A stretch of DNA of 64,000 nt from Parcubacteria group bacterium. GTDB lineage: Bacteria > Patescibacteriota > Patescibacteriia > UBA1558 > GWA2-36-10. Under the pieces are notes generated by a model, which did no database searches, had not been told where the DNA came from, and was given only the letters and a program-made list of their open reading frames with translations. Position numbers and translations under genes: made by a program. Of this stretch, positions 47,892 through 56,419 are shown piece after piece. How positions within the stretch are numbered: the stretch's first letter is position 1; every line of letters starts with the position of its first letter. The stretch covers positions 4,988-68,987 of the forward strand of contig PQAE01000012.1 in assembly GCA_003104935.1 (NCBI GenBank), given 5' to 3'.

Positions 47892-49061
47892 TTAATCAAA
47901 CTTGGTAATGATGATATCCAACATTTTTTTTACGGTATTGAACCAAGAATATTTTTTGACAAATTCCTGGCGAGCGACCCGATGATCAGCGTCATCATCG
48001 CTCAACTGCTTGTTCACCAATTTGTCAAAATCCTCGTAATCTTTGGCCACCGCTATAACTTCACTAAAATTATCCAGGCCGACATTCTCCGTAGAAACTA
48101 CGGGCTTGCCGCAGGCCAAATATTCATATACCTTCATCGGATTGGTGCTGGCGCTGTGTCCGCTGGTCTTATGCGGCACGATGCCCAGGTCAAACTGCTG
48201 GATATACATCGGCGCCTCCGCGTAGGATTTATAACCCAAAAAGTGAACATTGGACAACTTCTCCAAAGACAATTTAGCCTGATCCAGCTCGCTCCAGACC
48301 GGACCGACCAATACCATTGATTTATCGGGATTTTTTTCAGCCAAATACCTTAACAATTCAAAATCCACCCGCTCCTGCATCACCCCGATATAGCCGATGA
48401 TCGGGCGCGATATATCGGCAATATCGCGGTTAACCAGAGGAAATGATTTATTATAGTGCACTAGATCCACTCCGTTGGGAATCCAATAAACATTGGGTTG
48501 ATTATCAAAAAAATTCTGCAGATTTTGGGAAACGGCAAAAATTATATCTGCACTTTTTTTGATATTGTCATAAGCCGTTTGCAGACGCGCTTTCTGGCGC
48601 GCGTAGGAAGAGTGTAAAAGCCAATTATCTACAGCATCAAAAACGGTCAGTTTTTGCCCCAGATTATGCCAATAAGGCGCGACAAAAGGAAAAAAAGACC
48701 AGAGCACGGCGTCGCCAAAATTTAATTGCAGACAAACCTTCTTTATCTTAGCCATAGTGTGTTTTGGCCGGAAGAAAAAATTTATGTCCGAATAAACATA
48801 AAGCTTATCCGACATTTTGGTCAGCTTGGAAGTAAGGGTCCGCTTGAGGACCTTCCCTTCATGCAGATTTAATACTAGATCTTCCTTATACATACGCAGA
48901 GCCCGTTTGGGGCTAAGAGGCAGATAATCAATAGCCAGTATTTTACCGACCTCGGGCCGGCCGAGCAACTGCTTGAGGACATGATAATTACGGTTGGACA
49001 CTCCGCCTTCCCACTCGGAGTAGTTGGACATATTAAACATGATGATATCAAATGGCTTCAT
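47892..49061 (-). CDS. family 1 (GT4-like) glycosyltransferase
   Basis: C-terminal GT-B nucleotide-sugar binding region. Confidence 0.55.
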   Translation of the reverse strand: MKPFDIIMFNMSNYSEWEGGVSNRNYHVLKQLLGRPEVGKILAIDYLPLSPKRALRMYKEDLVLNLHEGKVLKRTLTSKLTKMSDKLYVYSDINFFFRPKHTMAKIKKVCLQLNFGDAVLWSFFPFVAPYWHNLGQKLTVFDAVDNWLLHSSYARQKARLQTAYDNIKKSADIIFAVSQNLQNFFDNQPNVYWIPNGVDLVHYNKSFPLVNRDIADISRPIIGYIGVMQERVDFELLRYLAEKNPDKSMVLVGPVWSELDQAKLSLEKLSNVHFLGYKSYAEAPMYIQQFDLGIVPHKTSGHSASTNPMKVYEYLACGKPVVSTENVGLDNFSEVIAVAKDYEDFDKLVNKQLSDDDADHRVARQEFVKKYSWFNTVKKMLDIIITKFD

Positions 49062-50164
49062 ACAATTTTTGCTAATAATCCCTTAAGGCGATTACTCTGT
49101 TGCTCGGAAGAGGCAAATTGCTCAAATCTACGACGGGCGGCTTCAGCCAGCTTAATCCTGAACTCGTTATCAAGCAGTAATTTTCTGACGGCCGCAGCCA
49201 ATTGTTTGACGTCTTCATTATCGATCAGCAGGGCGTTGACATTATTTTCCCAAATCTCGGCCACGCCGCCGCTGTTGCCGGCGATGATAGCTAGTTTGCA
49301 GGCGGCCGCCTCCAAAAACACTATGCCAAATCCCTCGACATCGACGTCATCGTTCCGGTTCGGCAGGACAAAAATATCCGCTAAGTTATAATAATATACT
49401 TTTTCCTCATCCGCTACCGATTCCAGGATAAAAACCTTGCCCGTCAAATTATAATTTTTAATCAGTCCTTCCAACTCCGCCTTTAAATCTCCGTGTCCGA
49501 CAATAAAATATTTTATTTTAAGATCACAAAGCTGAGCAATGGCTTTGAGCACTAAATCCTGTCCTTTTCTTTTGTTTAGCCGACCCACGGTCAACAGTAT
49601 CTTATCGTCCGGCTCAAGCTCATACTTACGGCGCAAATACTGCAGATGCTGATCCTCTACTTTCAACTCTAAATCTAAGCTGGGATAAAATATCTGTAAT
49701 TTTTCTTCTGGCAGATTAAAATAACTGATAACCTCTTTGGTATTATTACTGTTGGTCAAAATAAGACTAGCTCTGGCTAAAATAAGCTTGGTTAGCCAGG
49801 CTTTATGACGTAAAGCCAGACGAATATCTAAACCATGTAAGGAAATCACGTAGGGTATTTTATCAAACAGATACAAACAATAAGCCAAACTGCCCAGGGG
49901 TAAAATATTTGGCGTAAAAATCAGTCCGATTTTTTCCTCGCGGAGAATCCTGCGCAGTTTAAAAAAAGTGATTAGCCAGGTCGGCCACAACCAATGGGAC
50001 TTTAACCGCCAATGACGGATATTATCCGTGGTCTTAATCTCGGGATGGTCACTGATCACTAGATAGTCTGACATGTCAAAATGGCGAAATAAACTATAGC
50101 AATATCGGGCCACGCCGCCGCGATGAGGATAATATTCGTGGGTTAGTACTAATACTTTCTTCAT
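49058..50164 (-). CDS. family 1 (GT4) glycosyltransferase
   Basis: LVLTHEYYPHRGGVARY N-terminus and C-terminal GT-B motifs (E..E). Confidence 0.7.
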   Translation of the reverse strand: MKKVLVLTHEYYPHRGGVARYCYSLFRHFDMSDYLVISDHPEIKTTDNIRHWRLKSHWLWPTWLITFFKLRRILREEKIGLIFTPNILPLGSLAYCLYLFDKIPYVISLHGLDIRLALRHKAWLTKLILARASLILTNSNNTKEVISYFNLPEEKLQIFYPSLDLELKVEDQHLQYLRRKYELEPDDKILLTVGRLNKRKGQDLVLKAIAQLCDLKIKYFIVGHGDLKAELEGLIKNYNLTGKVFILESVADEEKVYYYNLADIFVLPNRNDDVDVEGFGIVFLEAAACKLAIIAGNSGGVAEIWENNVNALLIDNEDVKQLAAAVRKLLLDNEFRIKLAEAARRRFEQFASSEQQSNRLKGLLAKIV

Positions 50165-51606
50165 TGGGCCTTAGTCAGAGAGTTTTTTATAAAAACAAAG
50201 TCTTGCTTACTGATTGCCCTGGTCAGTAGCATAAAACCCAAATAAATTACCGCCCCCGCCAATATAGTCCAGTACCAGACGATATAATCCTGCAAAAAAC
50301 CGATGGCAAACAGCATGATCAGTCCCGACATCACGGTCTTAATCACCGGGGCAAATTCGTCGGCCTTTGGTTTAACTACCGATAAAACGGCATACAGATT
50401 TAAACTGAATAAAAACAAAGTACTGATCGAGGAGGATAAACTAGCTCCCCAAATACCCAGTACGCGTATCAAAATCAAATTTAAAATTATGTTTAAGACC
50501 ATGGTCAGCCCCAGATTTCTAGTATTTATCTTTTGGCGATTAGTGGCGTTAAGAAAACTGGACAAAGAAAAATTAACAAATAAAAACGGTATGCTGGCAA
50601 TCAGCACCTGCAACGGAAATATGGAAAAATGAAACTGGCTGGTGTACATTTTGTCTACTAAGTTTGGCGCCAAGGCGATGATCCCCAAGCTTAAAGGCAC
50701 GGAGATAAAAGCCAAATAATTAAACGATTTAACAAAAGTCTTTTCCAACGCCTGTTGGTCATTTTTAAAATAATTAGAAAAAGCGGGATACAGTGCGGCC
50801 ACAAAAGCCAAAGGAATAAATTGTAGAGCAAAAGTAAGCTTATAGGCGATGCTATAAAAACCGACCGCGGCATCACCCATAAACATCTTTAGAAAAAAAG
50901 TGTCAATATAAGCGTAGATCTTGGCGAAAATAGCCGACAGCGCAAAAGGTAAGGTAAGCAAACTTATATTTTTTATGAACGCCCGGTCATAGAGCATTTG
51001 AAATTTAACCTGCCATTTGCTCTTCAGAATAGCGAGAGAAAAAATAAAATTAAATAAACTAGCAGCTAATAATACTGTCAAGAAAACCGCCACGCTATGG
51101 GTCAGCGACAACATACTCAGACCCAGGATCATGACGATCAGCTGAAATATAATCGTGCCCCAGGATTCATATTTTAGGCTTTGCTTGCCGCGGATATAGG
51201 CATAAAATAGCAAAGTAAAACTATCAATGATAGTAATCAAGGTGGTGATATAAATCAAATTTCTAACCTGGTCGCTGTAAAACAAAAAACTATTTAGTAA
51301 CACCAAAAAAATCGCCGTGGCCAAAGCCAGCATTAATTTTAAGGTCAGGATCTGCTGAAACCAGCGTTGGCCGCCTTCCTGATCCTTGGCCACCTGGCGA
51401 ATAAGTACTGGCGACAAACCCAGATCTACCAATACGGCAAACATAGTAGCAAATGATATGGCAAAAAAATATTGACCCGTGGCCTCGGCTCCCAGACTCC
51501 TAGCTAGAATAGTAAAGTAAATAAAAGATAGAATCTTTTGGCCGATTAAGGCAATCATAAAAAAGGAGGTATTAGCCGTAATTTTTTGAGCATTTACCAT
51601 GTTCAT
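50161..51606 (-). CDS. wzx: polysaccharide/O-unit flippase (Wzx, MOP superfamily)
   Basis: About 12-14 TM helices with an N-terminus typical of PST family transporters. Confidence 0.7.
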   Translation of the reverse strand: MNMVNAQKITANTSFFMIALIGQKILSFIYFTILARSLGAEATGQYFFAISFATMFAVLVDLGLSPVLIRQVAKDQEGGQRWFQQILTLKLMLALATAIFLVLLNSFLFYSDQVRNLIYITTLITIIDSFTLLFYAYIRGKQSLKYESWGTIIFQLIVMILGLSMLSLTHSVAVFLTVLLAASLFNFIFSLAILKSKWQVKFQMLYDRAFIKNISLLTLPFALSAIFAKIYAYIDTFFLKMFMGDAAVGFYSIAYKLTFALQFIPLAFVAALYPAFSNYFKNDQQALEKTFVKSFNYLAFISVPLSLGIIALAPNLVDKMYTSQFHFSIFPLQVLIASIPFLFVNFSLSSFLNATNRQKINTRNLGLTMVLNIILNLILIRVLGIWGASLSSSISTLFLFSLNLYAVLSVVKPKADEFAPVIKTVMSGLIMLFAIGFLQDYIVWYWTILAGAVIYLGFMLLTRAISKQDFVFIKNSLTKAQ

Positions 51607-51647
51607 ATTATATCAAAAAAGGGTAATATATCAATCATTATTAATAC

Positions 51648-51676
51648 TTGACAGATTATAGATAGTATGCTAGTAT
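51648..51676 (+). promoter_or_regulatory. sigma70-type promoter (TTGACA, 17-nt spacer, TAGTAT)
   Basis: Consensus -35 hexamer and 17-nt spacer upstream of sRNA candidate 1. Confidence 0.5.
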
Positions 51677-51683
51677 ATATAGT

Positions 51684-51962
51684 TATTGGTCCTTGAAAAG
51701 GGTCGCCCATACGCATATGTGCCTACCTAGTGCAACGCAGACAGCAGCATCTAGATGACGCTATGTCGGTGGGCTTCCCCACCTAATCCAATACCTTACG
51801 GGGTACAGGTATTGGCGTCCGTTGAGAGCTTCCCCACCTATGCTACATGTGATGTATTTCTGAGAGACCGACCAATATGTCGGGGCACAGGACCAAGCAG
51901 CTCTCGTCCCTCCACCAATAGAGGTATCCCAATCAAATGGGGCCTAGGTGGAGGGATTTTTT
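51684..51962 (+). ncRNA. candidate structured sRNA 1 (about 280 nt), unclassified
   Basis: GC-rich with no credible ORF. Hairpins include GGUGGG-CUUC-CCCACC and CCAAUACC-UUACGGGGUACA-GGUAUUGG. CCCCACCUA motifs recur. The terminal hairpin CCCUCCACC...GGUGGAGGG is followed by AUUUUUU. Confidence 0.45.
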
Positions 51963-51999
51963 AAATCGTATTTATGTTAATTTCTATTATCCACCCCCC

Positions 52000-52028
52000 T
52001 TGACAAAAATATGACCATGTGCTAATAT
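52000..52028 (+). promoter_or_regulatory. sigma70-type promoter (TTGACA, 17-nt spacer, TAATAT)
   Basis: Consensus -35 hexamer and 17-nt spacer upstream of sRNA candidate 2. Confidence 0.5.
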
Positions 52029-52034
52029 ACAAAG

Positions 52035-52162
52035 TTGTACGAACATTACGGAATGTCGGTATCCTACGGGGTACAGATACCGACATTATTAATGAGTCCT
52101 CCCCATTAAAAAAGCAAGGACTCCGAAAAATAACCCCCAAACTTCAGGTTTGGGGGTTTTTT
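52035..52162 (+). ncRNA. candidate sRNA 2 (about 130 nt), sharing a hairpin-loop motif with sRNA 1
   Basis: ACAUU-ACGG-AAUGU hairpin. GUCGGUAUC-CUACGGGGUACA-GAUACCGAC hairpin. Terminator CCCCCAAAC uucag GUUUGGGGG followed by UUUUUU. Confidence 0.45.
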
Positions 52163-52168
52163 ATATGC

Positions 52169-52190
52169 AAAAGCCACCCAGAAGGGTGGC
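52169..52190 (-). terminator. intrinsic terminator of the rplM-rpsI operon (GCCACCC uucu GGGUGGC followed by UUUU)
   Basis: 7-bp GC stem with a tetraloop and U-run on the minus strand, about 55 nt after the rpsI stop. Confidence 0.6.
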
Positions 52191-52245
52191 TTGAACTAGC
52201 AATTTAATGGCTCAAATATCTCTAACTGCGACCAGATCCAGAAAG

Positions 52246-52659
52246 CTAGCGCTTGCTCCACTGCGGAGCTTTACGGGCCTTCTTGAGCCCAGGTTTTTTT
52301 CTTTCTTTGATGCGGGAATCTCTGGTTAAAAATCCTTCCTTGCGTAAAGATGAACGTAGTTCTTCATCAGTCGCCAATAGAGCTCGGGCAATACCGTGAC
52401 GCACACTGTCTGCCTGGCCCTTGATGCCGCCGCCCTGCACTTTGACAGAAATGGATATCTTATCGCGGCCGGTTAATTTCAAAGGTTTTAAAATATTCTC
52501 CTGCCACTCAAAGTATGGGAAATATTCCTTAAAGTCCTTACCGTTCACTATGATTTTGATGCTGGCTACGCGGTCATTTAATATCCGCACGCGGGCGATA
52601 GCGCGCTTGCGCTTGCCTACAGCCGGGGTATAATCTGTTTTTTTGATTGCTGGAGTCAT
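52246..52659 (-). CDS. rpsI: 30S ribosomal protein S9
   Basis: GGG.KGQA....HGIARAL core and C-terminal KKPGLKKARKAPQWSKR. Confidence 0.9.
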   Translation of the reverse strand: MTPAIKKTDYTPAVGKRKRAIARVRILNDRVASIKIIVNGKDFKEYFPYFEWQENILKPLKLTGRDKISISVKVQGGGIKGQADSVRHGIARALLATDEELRSSLRKEGFLTRDSRIKERKKPGLKKARKAPQWSKR

Positions 52660-52661
52660 AA

Positions 52662-53009
52662 TTAACTGATGGTTAACCTTTTTAACATATTCTTGCGCAA
52701 ACGGTTTTTGGGCAACATATCGGTAACGATCTGACGAAAAGCTTTGGCCGGATTTTTGGCCATTAGATCGCTGAGTTTTATGTTGCGGATGCCTCCGGGG
52801 TAACCGCTATAACGGTGATAGGTCTTCGCCTGCAACTTATTACCGGAAAATTTCAAACCCACGGCGTTGGTTACGCTGACGATATCGCCGCAATCTGTAT
52901 GGGCCTGATAACTGGGTTTATGTTTACCCTGCAAGATAAAAGCCACCCGCGAGGCCAAACGGCCGGCGATTTTTCCTTCGGCATCTAGTGTATGTTTTTC
53001 TCTTTCCAT
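52662..53009 (-). CDS. rplM: 50S ribosomal protein L13 (short form)
   Basis: GRLAS.VA..L.GKHKP.Y..H.D.GD motif. Located directly upstream of rpsI. Confidence 0.85.
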   Translation of the reverse strand: MEREKHTLDAEGKIAGRLASRVAFILQGKHKPSYQAHTDCGDIVSVTNAVGLKFSGNKLQAKTYHRYSGYPGGIRNIKLSDLMAKNPAKAFRQIVTDMLPKNRLRKNMLKRLTIS

Positions 53010-53019
53010 AAAAGCAAGT

Positions 53020-53370
53020 TTATACTAGTTCAATCTGGGCCATCTTGGCGCCGTCACCCAAACGCTGACTGATTTTGATAATTCGGCAATAACCGCCTTT
53101 TCTATCCTTGTATTTGGGAGCCAGTACGTCCAGTATTTTCTGCACCGCTTTTTTATCCGGTAGCACCCTAGTCAATAGTTGCTTATTATAGATCGACTTG
53201 ACTTTGCCGCGGGTGATCAGTCTTTCAACCAGCGGACGCAAAGCTTTGGCTTTGGGTTCGGTAGTCACTATCTTTTCATACAATACTAAAGAAACAGCTA
53301 GGTTCTCCATCAAAGCCTTACGGGGCGCTGCCTGACGCTTAAAAATCTTATTTTTATTACGGTGTCTCAT
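53020..53370 (-). CDS. rplQ: 50S ribosomal protein L17
   Basis: MRHRNK..K..R....R.AL..NL N-terminus. Confidence 0.9.
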   Translation of the reverse strand: MRHRNKNKIFKRQAAPRKALMENLAVSLVLYEKIVTTEPKAKALRPLVERLITRGKVKSIYNKQLLTRVLPDKKAVQKILDVLAPKYKDRKGGYCRIIKISQRLGDGAKMAQIELV

Positions 53371-53372
53371 GA

Positions 53373-54164
53373 TTATTTAATTTTCTTTGTCTTTTTTTCT
53401 TCACTGTCTTTATCTTTTTCTTTTCTGGTTTTTTTCTTCTCCTCCTTGACCGGCTCCGCCGTTTCTACCGCCGACTCTTCCGTAATCACAAAAAAATTAA
53501 ATTGATCACGTAGCAGTGCGCCGGCTTTGCTGATCGCTGTGCGGGCATCGATCGTGCCGTCAGTCAGTATATCCATGGTTAATCTTTCATAATTGGTCAT
53601 CTCGCCAACACGCACATTTTCTATATTATAGCCGACATTTAATACCGGGGAAAAACTGGAGTCAATGGCGATATTGCCGATTTCCAGCTTAGCTCTTTCT
53701 TCACGCTGGTCTACCGTCAGATAACCGATACCTTTTTCTACGGTAATTTCCATCGCCAGCTTAGCGTGCTTGTCAGTTAAAGTAGCAATTAGTAAATCTT
53801 TATTGATTATCTCTACCTCGGCATTGGGTTTGATATCGGCGGCAGTCACTTCTTTTTCGCCCTTGACATCAATGGATAATTTAACCGGCTCCGCGGAAAA
53901 ACATTTCAATCTCAATTTCTTGAGATTAAGCATGATCTCCACTAAGTCCTCTTTGACAAAATCTACCGAGTCAAACTCATGTTTAGCCCCTTCCATCTTA
54001 AAGGAAGTCACCGCCGCTCCTTCCAGAGAAGATAAAAGCACGCGACGCAGTGAATTGCCGACAGTAATGCCGAGCCCGGGATAAAAGGGTTCGATCACCA
54101 CCTGGTAGCGATGATTTTTCAGATCGCTGACCGAAATTTTTTCTGGTAATGTTATTTGTCTCAT
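53373..54164 (-). CDS. rpoA: DNA-directed RNA polymerase alpha subunit, N-terminal domain only, with a K/E-rich tail (no alpha-CTD)
   Basis: Alpha-NTD dimerisation and insert domains. Ends in EKKKTRKEKDKDSEEKKTKKIK after about 230 residues. 263 aa, against the usual roughly 330 aa. Confidence 0.8.
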   Translation of the reverse strand: MRQITLPEKISVSDLKNHRYQVVIEPFYPGLGITVGNSLRRVLLSSLEGAAVTSFKMEGAKHEFDSVDFVKEDLVEIMLNLKKLRLKCFSAEPVKLSIDVKGEKEVTAADIKPNAEVEIINKDLLIATLTDKHAKLAMEITVEKGIGYLTVDQREERAKLEIGNIAIDSSFSPVLNVGYNIENVRVGEMTNYERLTMDILTDGTIDARTAISKAGALLRDQFNFFVITEESAVETAEPVKEEKKKTRKEKDKDSEEKKTKKIK

Positions 54165-54220
54165 GGTTGTTATTTAAAATTTTCTCGCCCGCAAAAGGCG
54201 ATATTTTTTATTTTTATTTA

Positions 54221-54841
54221 TTACCGAGAATAGAAATCAACGATTAAGTGGATCTCAATGTTGCGGGGCAAATCAGACTTGTTAGGCAAGCTGGTGACAG
54301 TGGCCGACATATCCTTAGTATTGACCGCCAGCCAGCCAGGCACTTCACGCTCCACTTTTTTCATCATTTCCTCCAGATTTTTCCAATAGGTATTATCTTT
54401 CTTATTTTCCTTAACTTTGATCACTTCGCCCGGCCGAATAGTATAGGAAGGAATATCCACCTTGACGCCGTCCACAGTAAAGTGGCCGTGCGTGACCAGC
54501 TGACGAGCCATCCGTCTGGTCTGGGCCCAGCCCGCTCGATAAACCGCGTTATCCAGACGGGTTTCCAATAGAGTTAAAAAGTTGTCACCGACATCGCCGA
54601 CGATTTTTCCGGCGCGCTCAAAGGTCAGGGCAAATTGCTTTTCCAATAGGCCATAGATCATTTTAGTTTTTTGCTTTTCCAAAAGCTGACGGCCGTACTC
54701 GGAGACCTTGGCAAAAGAGCGTTTGGCACCGTGCATGCCAGGCGGATTATTGCGCTTGACCAACGGATTTTTTAATGTATCCGCTACGTTTTCGCCAAAG
54801 CGACGACTGGATTTATGTCGGGGTTTTAAATTTCTGGCCAT
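54221..54841 (-). CDS. rpsD: 30S ribosomal protein S4
   Basis: MARNLKPRHK..RR.G N-terminus. S4 domain. Confidence 0.9.
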   Translation of the reverse strand: MARNLKPRHKSSRRFGENVADTLKNPLVKRNNPPGMHGAKRSFAKVSEYGRQLLEKQKTKMIYGLLEKQFALTFERAGKIVGDVGDNFLTLLETRLDNAVYRAGWAQTRRMARQLVTHGHFTVDGVKVDIPSYTIRPGEVIKVKENKKDNTYWKNLEEMMKKVEREVPGWLAVNTKDMSATVTSLPNKSDLPRNIEIHLIVDFYSR

Positions 54842-54843
54842 AA

Positions 54844-55227
54844 TTACATTCTTCTGGGTTTCTTAGGACGACAACCGTTATGAGGTATAGGCGTCATGTC
54901 TTTGATCGAATTTACATTTAAGCCGTGGCTGTGCAAAGCCCGGACAGCCGCTTCCCGGCCGGCGCCCACCCCACGCACAAAGACGTCCACCTCTTCCAAA
55001 CCATATTCTTTGGCTTTCTCGATGGCACTACGCACGATAATACCTGCGGCGTAAGGAGTGGCTTTTTTTGGTCCCTTAAAACCGTTCACTCCGGCTGAAG
55101 ACCAGGACAAAAGATTGCCTTGCTGGTCGGTCAGACTGACTAAGGTATTGTTATAAGTAGCTTGGATGTGGGCTTGGCCCTTTTTAACTACTTTCTTTAC
55201 TTTTTTCTTGGCTTTGATATTTGGCAT
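54844..55227 (-). CDS. rpsK: 30S ribosomal protein S11 (start at MPNIKAKKK; the longer track ORF is an upstream extension)
   Basis: Conserved S11 core SFNNTLV...G..L.W.SAG..GFKG..K.TP.AA. Confidence 0.85.
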   Translation of the reverse strand: MPNIKAKKKVKKVVKKGQAHIQATYNNTLVSLTDQQGNLLSWSSAGVNGFKGPKKATPYAAGIIVRSAIEKAKEYGLEEVDVFVRGVGAGREAAVRALHSHGLNVNSIKDMTPIPHNGCRPKKPRRM

Positions 55228-55243
55228 AATAAATTTTCGTCGA

Positions 55244-55630
55244 TTAGGTCTTTTCAGCCGCTTTGGCGCGTCCGCTACCCATGGTGACGCGTTTGTTGCC
55301 GCGCACGGTACGGGAATTTGACTTAGTGCGCTGACCGCGAGTAGGCAAACCACGAGTGTGCCGCAGTCCACGATAGGATTTGATTTCCTTCAGGCGTTTG
55401 ATATTGGCCGATCTTTCCCGGCGTAATTCACCTTCAATCTTTAATTTTTCTACTCTTAGACGCAACTGATTCACCTGATCATCCGTCAGATCCTTGACGC
55501 GAGTATCAAAATTAATACCCAGAGATTTTAAAATCTTCTGGGCAGTAGTATTACCGATACCGTAAATATAGGTCAAAGAAATGACCACTCTTTTTTCCTT
55601 GGGGATATTTACACCTGATATTCTTGCCAT
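55244..55630 (-). CDS. rpsM: 30S ribosomal protein S13
   Basis: [21 protein letters not shown]-terminus. Confidence 0.9.
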   Translation of the reverse strand: MARISGVNIPKEKRVVISLTYIYGIGNTTAQKILKSLGINFDTRVKDLTDDQVNQLRLRVEKLKIEGELRRERSANIKRLKEIKSYRGLRHTRGLPTRGQRTKSNSRTVRGNKRVTMGSGRAKAAEKT

Positions 55631-55716
55631 AAGTTTAGTTAAAAGTTGAAGGTTTAAAGTGCCAAGTTTTTATTCTAATTCACTTTTTACTTGTTACTTT
55701 AGACTTTTTACTCGTT

Positions 55717-55830
55717 TATCCTTGTCTTTGTTTGTGCTTGGGATTTTTACAAATACAAGTAACCCGGTTTTTGCGGCGAACCAGTTTGCAATCCTTGCAC
55801 ATTTTTTTAACCGATGCTCTTACTTTCATC
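55717..55830 (-). CDS. rpmJ: 50S ribosomal protein L36 (37 aa; not in the ORF track)
   Basis: Manual translation of the minus strand gives [37 protein letters not shown]. This is the C-x2-C...C-x-C zinc-ribbon L36. Confidence 0.8.
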
Positions 55831-55888
55831 CCGTTAGAGATTTACCCGTTTGTTAAATAATTGATATCTATATTTTTACTTTATAAAA

Positions 55889-56125
55889 TTATCGGCGATA
55901 AGTGATGCGACCCTTGGTCAGATCATAAGGGCTCATCTCCACAACTACCCGGTCACCGGGCAGGATGCGAATTTTGTTCATGCGCATCTTTCCGGACAGA
56001 TGAGTCAAAATATTGTGCCCGCTTTCTAAAATAACTTTAAAAGTGGCATTGGGCAGTAACTCTACCACCTCTCCGTTGACTTCTAGAAAACCCTTATTGT
56101 TCACCTTTGATTCTATTTCTCCCAT
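55889..56125 (-). CDS. infA: translation initiation factor IF-1
   Basis: S1-like OB fold. G.V.E.LPNA.F.V.L..GH.......GKMR...I....GD.V..E.SPYDL.KGRI. Confidence 0.9.
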   Translation of the reverse strand: MGEIESKVNNKGFLEVNGEVVELLPNATFKVILESGHNILTHLSGKMRMNKIRILPGDRVVVEMSPYDLTKGRITYRR

Positions 56126-56132
56126 TATAATA

Positions 56133-56166
56133 ACAAAAAAAGAAATTCCGCTTAGCGCAAATGCGG
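56133..56166 (-). promoter_or_regulatory. terminator-like hairpin plus U7 tract in the infA 5' leader (possible attenuator)
   Basis: On the minus strand: CCGC AUUUGCGCUAA GCGG AAUUUCUUUUUUU, ending about 14 nt before the infA AUG. No SD sequence. Confidence 0.3.
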
Positions 56167-56232
56167 CTAATTGATAGAGTTTCTTTTTAAACTGGCTTTA
56201 GCCAATGTTTCATTTATAATAAACGCTACTAT

Positions 56233-56260
56233 ATTATACAGATTTTTTACGATAAGTCAA
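56233..56260 (-). promoter_or_regulatory. sigma70-type promoter (TTGACT, 16-nt spacer, TATAAT) for the infA/ribosomal operon
   Basis: Read on the minus strand: TTGACT tatcgtaaaaaatctg TATAAT. Confidence 0.45.
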
Positions 56261-56419
56261 GGAATTAAGGTGCTAGTGTCTAATTTGACGGTCTTTTAGC
56301 CAGAAATTGGCCCAAATACTAATCTTCTCGCCCTCCGAAGCCTTGGCGCAGGAGGGTCAAGGATTTTGGCGTACTTTAGACTAGAAATATAAATTACAGT
56401 ATATTTTAGCTAACTTTAG

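Noticed and set aside
54844-55371. 175-aa form of rpsK and the long N-terminal extensions of murC, lysS and the MEMO-like gene
   Set aside because: The extensions overlap the upstream genes and lack homology. Conserved protein starts are at internal ATGs: MPNIKAKKK for rpsK, MTIDLNN for murC, MREKININ for lysS and MITFASL for the MEMO-like gene.
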